A stretch of 64,000 nt of DNA, taken from positions 384,001 to 448,000 of the forward strand of contig CAWFAD010000016.1 of NCBI GenBank assembly GCA_963813815.1, in the 5' to 3' direction. The notes beneath the pieces were generated by a model. It was not told where the DNA came from, did not search any database, and was given only the letters and a program-made list of their open reading frames with translations. Made by a program: the position numbers and the translations under genes. Origin of the DNA: an uncultured bacterium. Lineage in GTDB: Bacteria; Krumholzibacteriota; Krumholzibacteriia; Krumholzibacteriales; Krumholzibacteriaceae. This document shows positions 9,870-21,583 of the stretch, piece by piece. Within the stretch, counting starts at the first letter, position 1. Each line of letters begins with the position of its first letter.

Positions 9870-10146
9870 GAGGGGCGAGGAAGACGATCGTCGCGCCCCA
9901 GCCTCCCTCGTCCTCGGCCGCCTGCGCGAAGGAGATCACCCCGTCGGCTCTCGAGAGCGCCGCGCGCACCGTCTCCCGCAGGGCCCCCGTGCCCTTTCCG
10001 TGGATGATGCGCACCCTGAGGATTCCCTTCCCCCGGCAGAGGGAGAGATAGTCGGGCACGAGGCTTTTCACGTCCCCGGGATCGAAAGCGTGGAGATCGA
10101 GGATGCCGTCGATCGGAAGCTCGACGGGCCCTTGTCCATCCGTCAT
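9841..10146 (-). CDS. Stand-alone Smr/MutS-related domain protein
   Basis: LDLH, RIIHGKGTGALR, GGWGATIV. Confidence 0.88.
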   Translation of the reverse strand: MTDGQGPVELPIDGILDLHAFDPGDVKSLVPDYLSLCRGKGILRVRIIHGKGTGALRETVRAALSRADGVISFAQAAEDEGGWGATIVFLAPPTRSASSPA

Positions 10147-10341
10147 AGAACGCTCCTTACTCCCCCTCGGGGGCGCCGCCGCCGCGATTATTCATCTGGA
10201 CTTTCGCCTTTTCCAGTGATAATTTTCGCTTCTGCGGGGGGCGCGAACCGCCCCCCGAAAAAGGCATGCTCGCAGCGGGACGCCGGTCGCCTTTGCTGGC
10301 GTCTCATTTTTCTTTCAACCCCGAATGGAGGGATCGAAGGT

Positions 10342-11373
10342 ATGAGATCGTTCACGCTCATGATCGCCTGCTTGCTCGCGGTCGCACTCGTAACGGCGGG
10401 CGCGGGCTGTTCGAAGAAGGGCGGAAAGGGTGGCGACGCCGACAGCATCGCCGCGGCGGAAGCGGCGGCGAAGAACATCCTCGTGCGGGTAAACGGCAAG
10501 GACATCTCCCAGCTCGAAGTGGAGCGTCAGCAGGACATGCTCCTCCAGCAGCTCCGCGGCTTCGCCGATTCGGCCCAGGTAGTCTCCATGATGCCGACGA
10601 TCAAACAGCAGGCGCTCGACAACGCCATCAACCGCATTCTCCTCGAGGACGCGGTGAAGACGCTCGGCATCAAGGCCGACAAGGCGATGGTCGACTCCCG
10701 GATCGAGGCCTACCGCAAGAACTTCGTTTCGGAAGAGGCCTACAACGCCGATCTCGCCAAGAGAAACATGAGCGCCGACAAGCTCTACGGAGAGATCGAG
10801 ATCGCGATACAGGCGGAGGAGCTCTTCAAGATACGCACCGCGAGGATCGCGCCCGCGACCGACAAGGAGATCCGCAAGTTCTACGACGATAACGCCGAAC
10901 GTTTCCAGCAGGCCGAGCGGGTTCGCGCGAGCCACATCCTCATCAAGGTGGACAAGACCGATACGGACGAGGTGAAGGCGGAAAAGCGGAAGAAGATCGA
11001 GGGCATCCTCGCCTCCGTCAAGAAGGGCGCCGATTTCGCCGAGGAGGCGCGGAAGAGCTCCGAATGCCCGAGCAAGGAAAACGGCGGCGACCTCGGATTC
11101 TTCGAGCGCGGCAGCATGGTGCCCGAGTTCGAAACCGCGGCGTTCGCGCTCAAGACGGGGCAGATGAGCGGCGTCGTCGAGACGCAGTTCGGCTACCACA
11201 TCATCAAGGTCACCGAGCACGCGAAGCCGGCCGCGACGCCGTTCAACGAGACGAAGCAGCAGATCTCGACGTATCTCATCCAGCAGAAGAGAAACGACGC
11301 GATCGGCGCGTATTTCGACAGCCTCAAGACGGTTTCGAAGATCGAGTATCTCGATTCGACCCTCGTGAAGTAG
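10342..11373 (+). CDS. PpiC/parvulin-type peptidyl-prolyl isomerase lipoprotein (PrsA/SurA-like)
   Basis: Lipobox-like AGC, VRASHILI, GGDLGFF, MVPEFE, TQFGYHIIKV. Confidence 0.9.
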   Translation: MRSFTLMIACLLAVALVTAGAGCSKKGGKGGDADSIAAAEAAAKNILVRVNGKDISQLEVERQQDMLLQQLRGFADSAQVVSMMPTIKQQALDNAINRILLEDAVKTLGIKADKAMVDSRIEAYRKNFVSEEAYNADLAKRNMSADKLYGEIEIAIQAEELFKIRTARIAPATDKEIRKFYDDNAERFQQAERVRASHILIKVDKTDTDEVKAEKRKKIEGILASVKKGADFAEEARKSSECPSKENGGDLGFFERGSMVPEFETAAFALKTGQMSGVVETQFGYHIIKVTEHAKPAATPFNETKQQISTYLIQQKRNDAIGAYFDSLKTVSKIEYLDSTLVK

Positions 11374-11459
11374 GAGGGGACCGGACCGGATCCGGCCGCG
11401 GAAGCGATGCAGGGGCGTCTCGCGAGGGGCGCCCCTGCCGTTTTCCGGCCGCGGAACCG

Positions 11460-11795
11460 CTACCGGAGGTATTTTTCGGGGGGCCTGCGCTCGGGCACGT
11501 AGGCGCGCTCGATCGTTCCCGCGTTCCACTCGCGCGATACGTAGAGGTTGCAGTAGCAGCTCCCGTACTCCTTCACGTCCGGCTCGCGGTACACGCAGGG
11601 GCAGAGGATGTCGCGATCCCAGTCGCGATCCCCCGAGGCGAGGCGGCAGGGGCAAGCCATGTATCCGTAGCGCCGCTTGTTCACGATGAGCGCCTCGATG
11701 AGCTCGAGGGTGCGCCCGCGATCCTCGTTGAACGGATATCCCTTGGCCTCCTGCGCCCGCCGCAGCCGCTCGAAGAGCTCTTCCGCTTCCGTCAT
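11460..11795 (-). CDS. ftrB: Ferredoxin:thioredoxin reductase catalytic subunit-like protein
   Basis: CPCR, CPC and CYC motifs; ATG overlaps the glutaredoxin stop. Confidence 0.88.
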   Translation of the reverse strand: MTEAEELFERLRRAQEAKGYPFNEDRGRTLELIEALIVNKRRYGYMACPCRLASGDRDWDRDILCPCVYREPDVKEYGSCYCNLYVSREWNAGTIERAYVPERRPPEKYLR

Positions 11796-12049
11796 AGCGG
11801 GCCCAGCGCTTCCTTGATCTTGTCCTCGCGGTTTCCCACGATCACCGTGCCGTCGATGACGATCGTCGGGAACGACACGGCCGGATTGAGGGCCCGGACC
11901 TCGGCGAGCACGGCGTCTCTCTCCGGCTTCGGTACGAGATCGACGTCGGTGTACTCGTACTCCACGCCGAGATCGTTGAGGAGCTTCTTCGCCGCCCTGC
12001 AATGGCTGCACGTGCTGAGCGTGTAGAGCTTCACGCGCTTGTGCTGCAA
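11792..12049 (-). CDS. Glutaredoxin/NrdH-like redoxin
   Basis: LYTLSTCSHC, SFPTIVID; TTG start behind GGAGG (ATG at 12067 is an alternative). Confidence 0.85.
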   Translation of the reverse strand: MQHKRVKLYTLSTCSHCRAAKKLLNDLGVEYEYTDVDLVPKPERDAVLAEVRALNPAVSFPTIVIDGTVIVGNREDKIKEALGPL

Positions 12050-12253
12050 CTCGGTTCCTCCTTGCATCGCGCCCGTGACGAACGTTTACCTCGAAAGGCT
12101 AATCCCCCGGCCGCCGCCGCGCAACGACTTCTTTCGCCTCGTCCGCGGATCTGCCCGGAACGCCCGGGGGAGGGGGCGGCCTCCCCCGCGGGAGGCCGCC
12201 GGCGACACTTTTCGCTCGTTCGTTTCGTGCCCCGCGCCGTATAATCTCGGCCC

Positions 12254-13795
12254 ATGGAACGGTGCTCCGGAATTCTGCTGCATATTACATCGCTTCCCTC
12301 GGCGCATCCCGTGGGCGATCTCGGCCCGGCCGCCTTCGAGTTCGCCGATTTTCTCGCGAGCGCCCGCCAGCGCGTATGGCAGGTGCTGCCGCTCGGTCTC
12401 ACGGACGGCGCTCACGGCAACTCGCCCTACAGCAGCGTCTCCGCCTTCGCGGGAAACACGCTCCTCGTGAGCCCCGAGGTTCTCGTCGAGGACGGTCTTC
12501 TGCGCCCGGGCGACACGCCGCGGCCGGTCGAGGCGGGCGGACGCTGCGACTACGCCGCCGCCGCCGCGGAGAAGCGGGAGCTTTTCGACCGCGCCTTCGA
12601 CCGCTTCCGGGAGACCGGCTGGATGCGGCCGGAGTTCGAGGAGTTCGCCTCGCGCAACGCGCACTGGCTCGACGACTACGCGCTGTTCATCGCGCTCAAG
12701 CGGCGCTTCCACGGCGTCGTCTGGAACCGGTGGCCGGAGGAGCTGCGAAACCGACGGGAGGAGGCGCTCCGCGCGGCGCGCGAGCGCCACGCTGACGAAA
12801 TCGAGCGGGAGAAGCTCGCGCAGTTTCTCTTTTTCCGTCAGTGGGCGGCGCTCAAGGCTCATTGCAACGGGGCGGGGGTGCGGCTGCTGGGGGACATTCC
12901 GATCTACGTGAACTACGACAGCGCGGACGTCTGGCGCGAGGGAGGCATATTCAAGCTCGACGCGTCGAAGGAGCCGCGGTTCGTCGCGGGGGTGCCGCCG
13001 GATTATTTCAGCGAGACGGGGCAACTCTGGGGAAATCCCGTCTACGACTGGGACGCTCTCCGGACGACCCGGTACCACTGGTGGATGCAGCGGTTCGAGC
13101 ATAACCTCGGGCTGTTCGATATCGTTCGCGTCGATCACTTCCGCGGATTCGTCGGGTACTGGGAGGTTCCGGCGGGGGAGCGGACGGCGATCAAGGGCCG
13201 CTGGGTGAAGGCGCCGGCGGACGACTTCTTCGACGCGCTTCTCCGGCGTTTCCCGGCGCTGCCGATCGTCGCCGAGGATCTCGGCGTCATCACTCCCGAC
13301 GTAAAGGAGGTCATGGCGCGGTTCGGGATCCCCGGGATGAGGGTGCTGCTCTTCGCCTTCGGCGAGGACAATCCGGCCCATCCCTACCTCCCCCACAACT
13401 ACGTCGCGAACTGCTTCGCGTACACGGGCACCCACGACAACAACACGGCGCGGGGGTGGTTCGAGGCCGAGGCGCTCCCGGAGGAGCGCGCGAGGCTCGC
13501 CCGGTATTTCAAGGCCGGCTTCAACGCGGAGAACGTCCATATCGGGCTCATGCGTTTTCTCCTGATGTCGGTCGCCGACACCGTCATCCTGCCGATGCAG
13601 GACGTCCTCGGGCTCGGCGCCGAGGCGCGCATGAACTGTCCCGCCGTTCCGCACGGCAACTGGGAGTGGCGCCTCGCCCCCCGGCAGGTTCATCCGCGCG
13701 TGGCCTACGCCCTCGCGGCCATGACGGAGACCTACGGGCGCGCGGAAACCGCGCCGGCCCCCGGGAAGACGCCCGCGAAACCTCACGGTTCCTAG
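12254..13795 (+). CDS. malQ: 4-alpha-glucanotransferase (amylomaltase, GH77)
   Basis: GILLHITSLP, WQVLPL, GDIPIYV, GVPPDYFSETGQLWGNP, RVDHFRG, AEDLG, YTGTHDN. Confidence 0.95.
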   Translation: MERCSGILLHITSLPSAHPVGDLGPAAFEFADFLASARQRVWQVLPLGLTDGAHGNSPYSSVSAFAGNTLLVSPEVLVEDGLLRPGDTPRPVEAGGRCDYAAAAAEKRELFDRAFDRFRETGWMRPEFEEFASRNAHWLDDYALFIALKRRFHGVVWNRWPEELRNRREEALRAARERHADEIEREKLAQFLFFRQWAALKAHCNGAGVRLLGDIPIYVNYDSADVWREGGIFKLDASKEPRFVAGVPPDYFSETGQLWGNPVYDWDALRTTRYHWWMQRFEHNLGLFDIVRVDHFRGFVGYWEVPAGERTAIKGRWVKAPADDFFDALLRRFPALPIVAEDLGVITPDVKEVMARFGIPGMRVLLFAFGEDNPAHPYLPHNYVANCFAYTGTHDNNTARGWFEAEALPEERARLARYFKAGFNAENVHIGLMRFLLMSVADTVILPMQDVLGLGAEARMNCPAVPHGNWEWRLAPRQVHPRVAYALAAMTETYGRAETAPAPGKTPAKPHGS

Positions 13796-13814
13796 CCGGC
13801 GCGGGGGCGGAGGC

Positions 13815-15030
13815 ATGCACACGGACGCAGTCGTTCTCGCCGTTTTCATCTTCGTATACCTCGGGATGATTCTCGGGAGAATCCCGGGCCTCGCCCTCGA
13901 CCGGACCGGCGTCACCCTCCTCGGCGCGATCGCTCTCGTGACCCTCGGCCGCGTCACGGTGCCGGAGCTCTCGACCGTCATCGACGTGCCGACGATCGCG
14001 CTCCTCTTCGGGCTCATGGTGGTCTCGGCCCAGTTCCGCCTCGGCGGCTTCTACTCGCACGTCGTCCGGCGCATAGCGGCCATCGAGACCGGCCCGGCCG
14101 CCCTGCTCGGGATCCTCGTCGCCGTCACGGGGGCGCTCTCGGCGATCCTCGCGAACGACATCGTCTGCCTCGCCGTCGCGCCGGTGCTCGTCGAGGGATG
14201 CGCGCGGCGCGAGCTGAACCCCCGGCCGTATCTCCTCGCTCTCGCCGCGGCGGCCAACGTCGGCTCGGCGGCCACGCTCATCGGCAACCCGCAGAACATG
14301 CTTATCGGCCAGGTTCTCGGGCTCTCCTTCAGCCGTTACCTCCTCGACGCGGGAATTCCCTCGCTCCTGGGGCTCGGCGTGGTCTGGGCCGTGATCGCCC
14401 GCCGCTACCGGAGATCGTGGCGTGCGTCGACGCCGATCCCGGCGATCGGGGAGCAACGGTTCGACCGGCGGCAGACGTGGAAGGGGGCCGTCATTCTCGC
14501 CTTTCTCATGGCCGCGTTTCTCGCGGGAGCGTGGCCCCGGGAGATCCTGGCGCTCGCCGCCGCGGGAGTGCTCCTCTGCTCGCGCAGGATGCGGTCGCGG
14601 GACATGCTCGAGCTCGTCGATTGGCAGCTCCTCGTTCTCTTCATGGCGCTCTTCGTCGTGAACCACGCCTTCGAGGTCTCGGGCGGCATGGCGGCGGCCG
14701 CGGAGCGCCTTTCCGCCGCCGGGGTCGATCTCTCGCGCCCGGCGACGCTCTTCGGCGCGAGCGTGCTCCTCTCGAACCTCGTGTCGAACGTCCCGGCCGC
14801 GATGCTGCTCGTCCCCTTCGCCTCGCATCCACTCGCGGGTCCGGTGCTCGCCCTCGCCACCACGCTCGCGGGCAATCTCCTCGTCGTCGGCTCCATTGCA
14901 AATATCATCGTGATCGGCCAGGCGGAACGGCTTGGCGTGAGGATCGGCTGGCGGGAGCACGCCCGGGTCGGCGTGCCCGTGACGATCCTGACGCTCGCGC
15001 GTCGCGGCCGCCTGGCTCGCGCTGCGCTGA
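13815..15030 (+). CDS. ArsB/NhaD/SLC13-family anion permease; +1 frameshift near 15000 (as sequenced the ORF runs to 15296)
   Basis: ILANDIVC, ANVGSAATLIGNPQN, SNLVSNVPA, TLAGNL..GSIANII; removing one base near 15000 gives a hydrophobic end TLAVAAAWLALR-TGA(15030). Confidence 0.85.
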
Positions 15031-15616
15031 GGGCGAAAAGCCCGGCGCGAAGCCACGAATCGCCTATCCGCCGGCATGAGCGGTTCGTCCTCGCGACCCG
15101 CCGAGGCGCGGCGGCGGCGCGCCCTTTCCCGCGCCGGGTGGTCTCCGGGGGCCTTCGCCGGTCCGTTCGACGAGACTGGTCTCAAAATTGCACCAGTCGA
15201 TACGGGGCCGTGCGCCTGGACCGGGAAGCCGGCGGCGCCGGGAGAGAGCCGGGAAGAAAAATAACGCGAAAAGAAAAATATAGTTTGCTTGCATGAGCAA
15301 GCGTTGTGTATATATTGCAACTTGAAAAAAGGAACGGCGCGCCGAGCGGCGAGCAACGATGCGCACTGAAGGCGGAGGAGGAGGCGATCACCCCGCCGAT
15401 GACGCCGCGAGCGCCTTCCGGTTCATTGAGGAGGAATTGTCATGAAGATGAAGTTTCCACATATAGCATTCGGACGTCTCGTGAAGCCTCTATCGAGGCA
15501 TGTCGGCGTCCGGCGCATGAGGACGGGCTTTGCGCCCCGTATATCGTTCGATGTGACCAACGATTTTCCGAGTCGCGTGCGGCCCGTGAGCCGCGACCTG
15601 ATGGAGGGATTGTTCG

Positions 15617-16957
<1,341 letters not shown>

Positions 16958-16963
16958 CCGCCC

Positions 16964-17971
16964 ATGAGGATCGGGCTCACCTACGATCTCAGGGCGGAGT
17001 ACCTCGCCATGGGATACGGCGAGGAGGAGACGGCCGAGTTCGACCGCGAGGAAACGATCGCCGAGCTCGAGAAGGCGATCCGGGCGTGCGGCCACTCGAC
17101 CGATCGAATCGGCCACGCCCGGAGTCTCGTCTCCCGGCTCGCCGGCGGGGATCGCTGGGACCTCGTTTTCAACATCGCCGAAGGGCTTCGCGGCGCCGGC
17201 CGGGAGGCGCAGGTGCCCGCGATCCTCGACGTTTTCGGGATTCCCTACACCTTCTCCGACCCGGTCGTCATGGGGCTCACCCTGCACAAGGGTCTCACGA
17301 AGAGCGTGATCCGCGATGCCGGCATACCGACTCCCGGTTTCGGCGTCGTCGCGCGGGAGGAGGACGCCGAAGCGATCGGCTTCCCGCCGCCCTACTTCGC
17401 GAAGCCCGTCGCGGAGGGAACGAGCAAGGGAATCGCGGCGGATTCGGTCGTGAGCGACCGCCGGGAGCTCGCGCCGCTCTGCCGGCGGCTCCTCGCGGAG
17501 TTCCGCCAGCCCGTGCTCATCGAGACCTTTCTCCCGGGGCGCGAGTTCACGGTCGGCGTCCTCGGCACGGGAGGAGAGGCGGAGGCCATCGGAACCCTCG
17601 AGATGGGGCTTCGCCCGGGCGCCGAGAGCGGAGTCTACTCGTACGTGAACAAGGAGCGTTGCGAGGAGCTCGTGGAATACATCCTCGTGCGCCCGGAGGG
17701 GGACCGCGCGGTGAGCGAGGCGGAGCGTCTCGCGCTCGAGGTGTGGCGAGTGCTCGGCTGCCGCGACGCGGGGAGGGTCGACTTCCGCTGCGACGCGGAG
17801 GGCCGTCCCCAGTTTCTCGAGGTGAATCCGCTGGCGGGTCTCCACCCGACGCATTCCGATCTTCCCATATTGTGCTCGAAGCTCGAAATCCCCTACGTGC
17901 GGCTCATCGAGCGGATCATCCTCTCGGCGTGCGCCCGTATCGAACGACCTTCCACCACCGCCTCTTCCTAG
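16964..17971 (+). CDS. ATP-grasp ligase, D-Ala-D-Ala-ligase-like (1)
   Basis: FNIAEG, KPVAEGTSKGI, ETFLPGREFTVG, GRVDFR, FLEVNPLAGL. Confidence 0.85.
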   Translation: MRIGLTYDLRAEYLAMGYGEEETAEFDREETIAELEKAIRACGHSTDRIGHARSLVSRLAGGDRWDLVFNIAEGLRGAGREAQVPAILDVFGIPYTFSDPVVMGLTLHKGLTKSVIRDAGIPTPGFGVVAREEDAEAIGFPPPYFAKPVAEGTSKGIAADSVVSDRRELAPLCRRLLAEFRQPVLIETFLPGREFTVGVLGTGGEAEAIGTLEMGLRPGAESGVYSYVNKERCEELVEYILVRPEGDRAVSEAERLALEVWRVLGCRDAGRVDFRCDAEGRPQFLEVNPLAGLHPTHSDLPILCSKLEIPYVRLIERIILSACARIERPSTTASS

Positions 17972-17977
17972 AGGATC

Positions 17978-19033
17978 ATGCGCGTCGCAATTCTTTACAA
18001 CGCGGTCAGCGAGAACGCCAAAACGGACGAGCTCGACGTTCTCGAGCAGCTCGAGGCGATCTACGCCGTCCTCGGCCGGCTCGGGGCGGCGGTCGAGCGC
18101 GTTCCGTGCACCCTCGACCTCAAAACGATCGCGCTCGCCCTCGATCGCTTCAAGCCCGATGCCGTGTTCAACCTCGTCGAGTGCCTCGAGGGGTACGGGA
18201 GGCTCATCCACGTCGTCCCGGCGATGCTCGACGCGCTGGGAGTGCCGTACACCGGCTGCTCCGCCGAGGCGCTCTACCTCACCTCGAACAAGACGCTGGC
18301 CAAGGAGCGGATGAGGGCCGCGGGAATTCCGACGCCGGATTGGGCGGGTCCGTGGCCTCGCGGCGGCGTCGCTTCCCTCGTGAAGAAGCGGAGCTCCGCG
18401 CGGCGGCGGTCGCGTCACATCGTCAAGGCGGTCTGGGAGCACGCATCCTTCGGGATGGACGACGACGTCATCGTCGACGGCGCCGACGAGGCGGGGCTTC
18501 TGGCCCGCATGGAGGAGCTCGCGCCGCGGCTTCGCGGCGAATGTTTCGCTGAGGCGTTCGTCGAGGGGCGGGAGTTCAACGTCTCGATCGTTTCGACGGC
18601 GGACGGTCCCCGCGTGTTTCCCCTCGCGGAGATCCTGTTCCTCCATTTTCCGAAGGGCAAGCCTCGGATCGTGAATTACAAGGCGAAGTGGGAGGAAGAC
18701 GCGATCGAATACCGGGGCACGCCGCGCACGTTCGATTTCAAGCAGGAGGACGGGGAGCTGCTCGCGGAGCTCGTCCGGATAGCGCGCGAGGCGTGGGACC
18801 TTTTCGGCCTGCGGGGGTACGCGCGCGTGGACTATCGCGTCGACAAGAAAAACCGTCCCTACATTCTCGAGGTGAACGCGAACCCCTGTATCTCTCCCGA
18901 TTCGGGGTTCATAGCGGCGGCGCAGCAGGGCGGATTCGGCTACGACACCCTCATCGGGATGATTCTCGACGACGCGCTGCGCCGCGCGCGGAAGCCGGCC
19001 GCCGGCAGGCAGGAGGGGGCGCGAGGTGGGTGA
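17978..19033 (+). CDS. ATP-grasp ligase, D-Ala-D-Ala-ligase-like (2)
   Basis: FNLVEC, EHASFG, EAFVEGREFNV, YARVDYR, ILEVNANP. Confidence 0.85.
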   Translation: MRVAILYNAVSENAKTDELDVLEQLEAIYAVLGRLGAAVERVPCTLDLKTIALALDRFKPDAVFNLVECLEGYGRLIHVVPAMLDALGVPYTGCSAEALYLTSNKTLAKERMRAAGIPTPDWAGPWPRGGVASLVKKRSSARRRSRHIVKAVWEHASFGMDDDVIVDGADEAGLLARMEELAPRLRGECFAEAFVEGREFNVSIVSTADGPRVFPLAEILFLHFPKGKPRIVNYKAKWEEDAIEYRGTPRTFDFKQEDGELLAELVRIAREAWDLFGLRGYARVDYRVDKKNRPYILEVNANPCISPDSGFIAAAQQGGFGYDTLIGMILDDALRRARKPAAGRQEGARGG

Positions 19034-19538
19034 CGGATCGCGGAAACGGGAACCCTGCGACGTGACGTTCCGGTACGACGTGCGGCAGGAGGATCTCGAG
19101 ACGGTCCGGGACATCGTCGAGGCGACGGGATACTTCGCCGCGAACGAGATTCCGGTGGCGGTCGAGCTCGTTCAGGATCACATCGTCAAGGGAGCGGCCG
19201 ACAGCGGCTACTATTTCGTGTTCGCGGAGATCGACGGCCGCGCGGTCGGCTATGCCTGCTACGGGCCGATCGCCTGCACGATCTCGAGCTTCAACGTGTA
19301 CTGGCTCGCCGTGCTCCCCGATTTTCAGGGGCGCGGCATCGGAAAGACGCTCATGCGGGAGACGGAGCGGCTGATCCGCGCCGCCGGGGGCGCCAGATCG
19401 TACATCGACACTTCCTACAAGGCGCAGTACGAGGACACGCGCGCCTTCTACGAGTCGTTCGGTTACTCTCTCGGGGCTCATCTGCCGGATTATTACGGAC
19501 CGGGCGACGACAAGGTCATTTACGTCAAATCGTTCTGA
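19026..19538 (+). CDS. GNAT family N-acetyltransferase
   Basis: YWLAVLPDFQGRGIGKTL (acetyl-CoA motif A), RAFYESFGY; start overlaps the upstream stop. Confidence 0.88.
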   Translation: MGDGSRKREPCDVTFRYDVRQEDLETVRDIVEATGYFAANEIPVAVELVQDHIVKGAADSGYYFVFAEIDGRAVGYACYGPIACTISSFNVYWLAVLPDFQGRGIGKTLMRETERLIRAAGGARSYIDTSYKAQYEDTRAFYESFGYSLGAHLPDYYGPGDDKVIYVKSF

Positions 19539-20752
19539 TCGCGCGCCCCGAGGGCGGCGAGCAGCGTCGTGGCGTAGGCGCCCCGCGGCAGCGTGAAGCG
19601 CAGGCTCCGCTTGAGCCGCTGGCCCGCGGGCGCCGTCTCGTCCGGCTCCGGAGGTCCGACGGAGAACGCCGCCGCCTCGGCGAAGAGCCTCCGGGGGATT
19701 TCGTCGAATCGCGGCGAGCGGAGACCGGGAACGCGCAGATCAGCGAGAGAGATCCCCTCGTCCTCGAGCGCGCCCCGGGCGGCGCCGGCCCAAGGGGCTT
19801 CGAGCGCCGTCCCCGGGGAGAGGAGGGGAACGACGAGCGAGCGGGTCTCCTCGCTGACGCGCCCCGTTTCCGGAAAAACGAGCTCTCCCCATCGATGCGG
19901 CGCCGCGACGAAGGGAGGCGGGCAGAGATCGCGGACCAGCCGCCGGACCGCGGCGTTCCAGAGAAACGACTGGTACGCCTCGGCCACGATGCGCCGGACG
20001 AACGCGGGGAGGGCGAGAAAACCCGCCCGGCAATCGCCGCTCGAGTTGGCGAGCGCCTCGACGACGCGGCGTTCGGGACCGTCGGGGAGCTCGTTCCGGA
20101 GGGCGTTCCAGTCGCCCCATGACGCCGCGATCTTCCGGGCCGCCGTCTTGCGGAGCCGCTCGGTCTTTCGGTCGGGGGTCGCCACGACGAGACGGAGCGC
20201 CCCCTCGAAATCCCCGTCGATGAGACGGCGCGCCGCGAAGCCGCGGCCGTGGCGCGCGGAACCGAAGCGCTGCTCCCCGAAGTAGTTGACGAAGCCGAGG
20301 ACCCGGCCCCCCCGCGAGGGGAGGGAAAGAAATCGCCTCGCCTCGTCCATGCGCCGGCACTCGCGCCGCGTGAGATCGCGCACGGTGATGAGGAAGCGGT
20401 TCCCGGCGATCCCCGACGCCGCGAGACGTTCGGGGAGACTGCCGATGAGCTCGAGCGCGATGCCGGGGGCCGCGAGTTTCTCCCGGAGGGCGGCGGGTCC
20501 CCTCCCCGCGGCGTCGATCGTGACGTACTGGACCGTCAGCGCATGCCGGTCCTTGAGCCCCCCGAATCCGATGCTCCGGCGGGGGACGCGGAGGGCGGCC
20601 GCGATCCGCTCGATCGCCTCGTCGGTTCCGAGTCCACGCTTCACGAGACGATAGAGCGCGTGGCGCTCGCCCGGCGGCGAAACGGCGCGGGCGATCTCCG
20701 GAGAGAGGATCTCCTCGACCCTGAAATCATCCTGCGAGCGCTTGATCTTCAT
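19520..20752 (-). CDS. truD: tRNA pseudouridine(13) synthase
   Basis: DDFRVEE, GLKDRHA (catalytic Asp), GNRF, NYFGEQRFG, AYQSFLWN, FTLPRGAYAT. Confidence 0.92.
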   Translation of the reverse strand: MKIKRSQDDFRVEEILSPEIARAVSPPGERHALYRLVKRGLGTDEAIERIAAALRVPRRSIGFGGLKDRHALTVQYVTIDAAGRGPAALREKLAAPGIALELIGSLPERLAASGIAGNRFLITVRDLTRRECRRMDEARRFLSLPSRGGRVLGFVNYFGEQRFGSARHGRGFAARRLIDGDFEGALRLVVATPDRKTERLRKTAARKIAASWGDWNALRNELPDGPERRVVEALANSSGDCRAGFLALPAFVRRIVAEAYQSFLWNAAVRRLVRDLCPPPFVAAPHRWGELVFPETGRVSEETRSLVVPLLSPGTALEAPWAGAARGALEDEGISLADLRVPGLRSPRFDEIPRRLFAEAAAFSVGPPEPDETAPAGQRLKRSLRFTLPRGAYATTLLAALGARDQNDLT

Positions 20753-20779
20753 CGGTGTTCGCGGGGCGGCCAGAGCCGG

Positions 20780-21346
20780 TTAAGAGCTCCCCCCCTCGAA
20801 GCGCCTCACTTCTTCCTGTATGTACGCTATGAAGGCCGAGCGGTCGCCGGTGAGGTCCCAGACGCGGGACAGATTCTTCCAGTCGGCCCCTTTGCCGTCG
20901 ACGACCCTCGCGAGCACGACCGATTGGGCCGAGAGCCCGTAGCTCTCGACGAAGCGCTCGTTCCCGGCTTCGTCGACGTTCACGACGCGCCAGAGGAGAG
21001 TTCCTTTCCGAATCTCCGCTCCGAAGCCGTTCATGATCGCCTCGCCCGTGTACTGCTCGATCCTGCGGCAGGTCGCGCAGCGCGGCATTCCATGAAAGTA
21101 GTAGACAACGACGGCGTTCCCCGCCTCGGCGGCAACGGAGTCGATGGCGGCGGTCCGGGGAGCGGGCGTCTGGAGGCCGGTGTCGGGGGCGGCCTCCGCC
21201 GGAGCCGCCTGAACGGACGCGGCGGAGTCCACGCTCGCGGTGTCGGAAGAGGATGTTCGCCTGCGCGCCTCGTCCGCGGCGAAGTAGGCGGCGCTCGCCA
21301 GAAGAAAGGCGACGAGGAGGATGATGACGACGAGCTTCGGTTTCAT
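20780..21346 (-). CDS. Membrane-anchored thioredoxin-fold CxxC protein (ArsF-like family)
   Basis: N-terminal TM; YYFHGMPRCATC, VNVDE, WKNL..VW; SD AAGGAG. Confidence 0.7.
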   Translation of the reverse strand: MKPKLVVIILLVAFLLASAAYFAADEARRRTSSSDTASVDSAASVQAAPAEAAPDTGLQTPAPRTAAIDSVAAEAGNAVVVYYFHGMPRCATCRRIEQYTGEAIMNGFGAEIRKGTLLWRVVNVDEAGNERFVESYGLSAQSVVLARVVDGKGADWKNLSRVWDLTGDRSAFIAYIQEEVRRFEGGSS

Positions 21347-21531
21347 GGGATCGCGCTCCTTTGCTTCCGGCGCCCCTTTGTCCGGGAATAACGACGACGA
21401 TTCCACCAGGGCGCGCAGGATGCAGTATACGCTCGAGCCCCGCTTCCCGTCTCGCACGATTTCCGCGTTTCCCGCCGCGGAGGCGATCCGGAGGCGGGCG
21501 CTGCCGCAAGCGTCCTCCCGGCGAATTCGTC

Positions 21532-21574
21532 TTGACGCGGGGTTGGGGGATGGCTATTATCAGTAACAGTTACT
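21532..21574 (+). promoter_or_regulatory. Sigma70 promoter with overlapping 6-1-6 palindromic operator upstream of fur/perR
   Basis: TTGACG (21532-37), 17 nt, TATTAT (21555-60); AGTAAC-A-GTTACT at 21562-21574. Confidence 0.7.
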
Positions 21575-21583
21575 ATTATTAAT

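Noticed and set aside
16964..19033. Calling the ATP-grasp genes ddl or van
   Set aside because: Canonical Ddl substrate-binding signatures are absent, and there is no mur or van context
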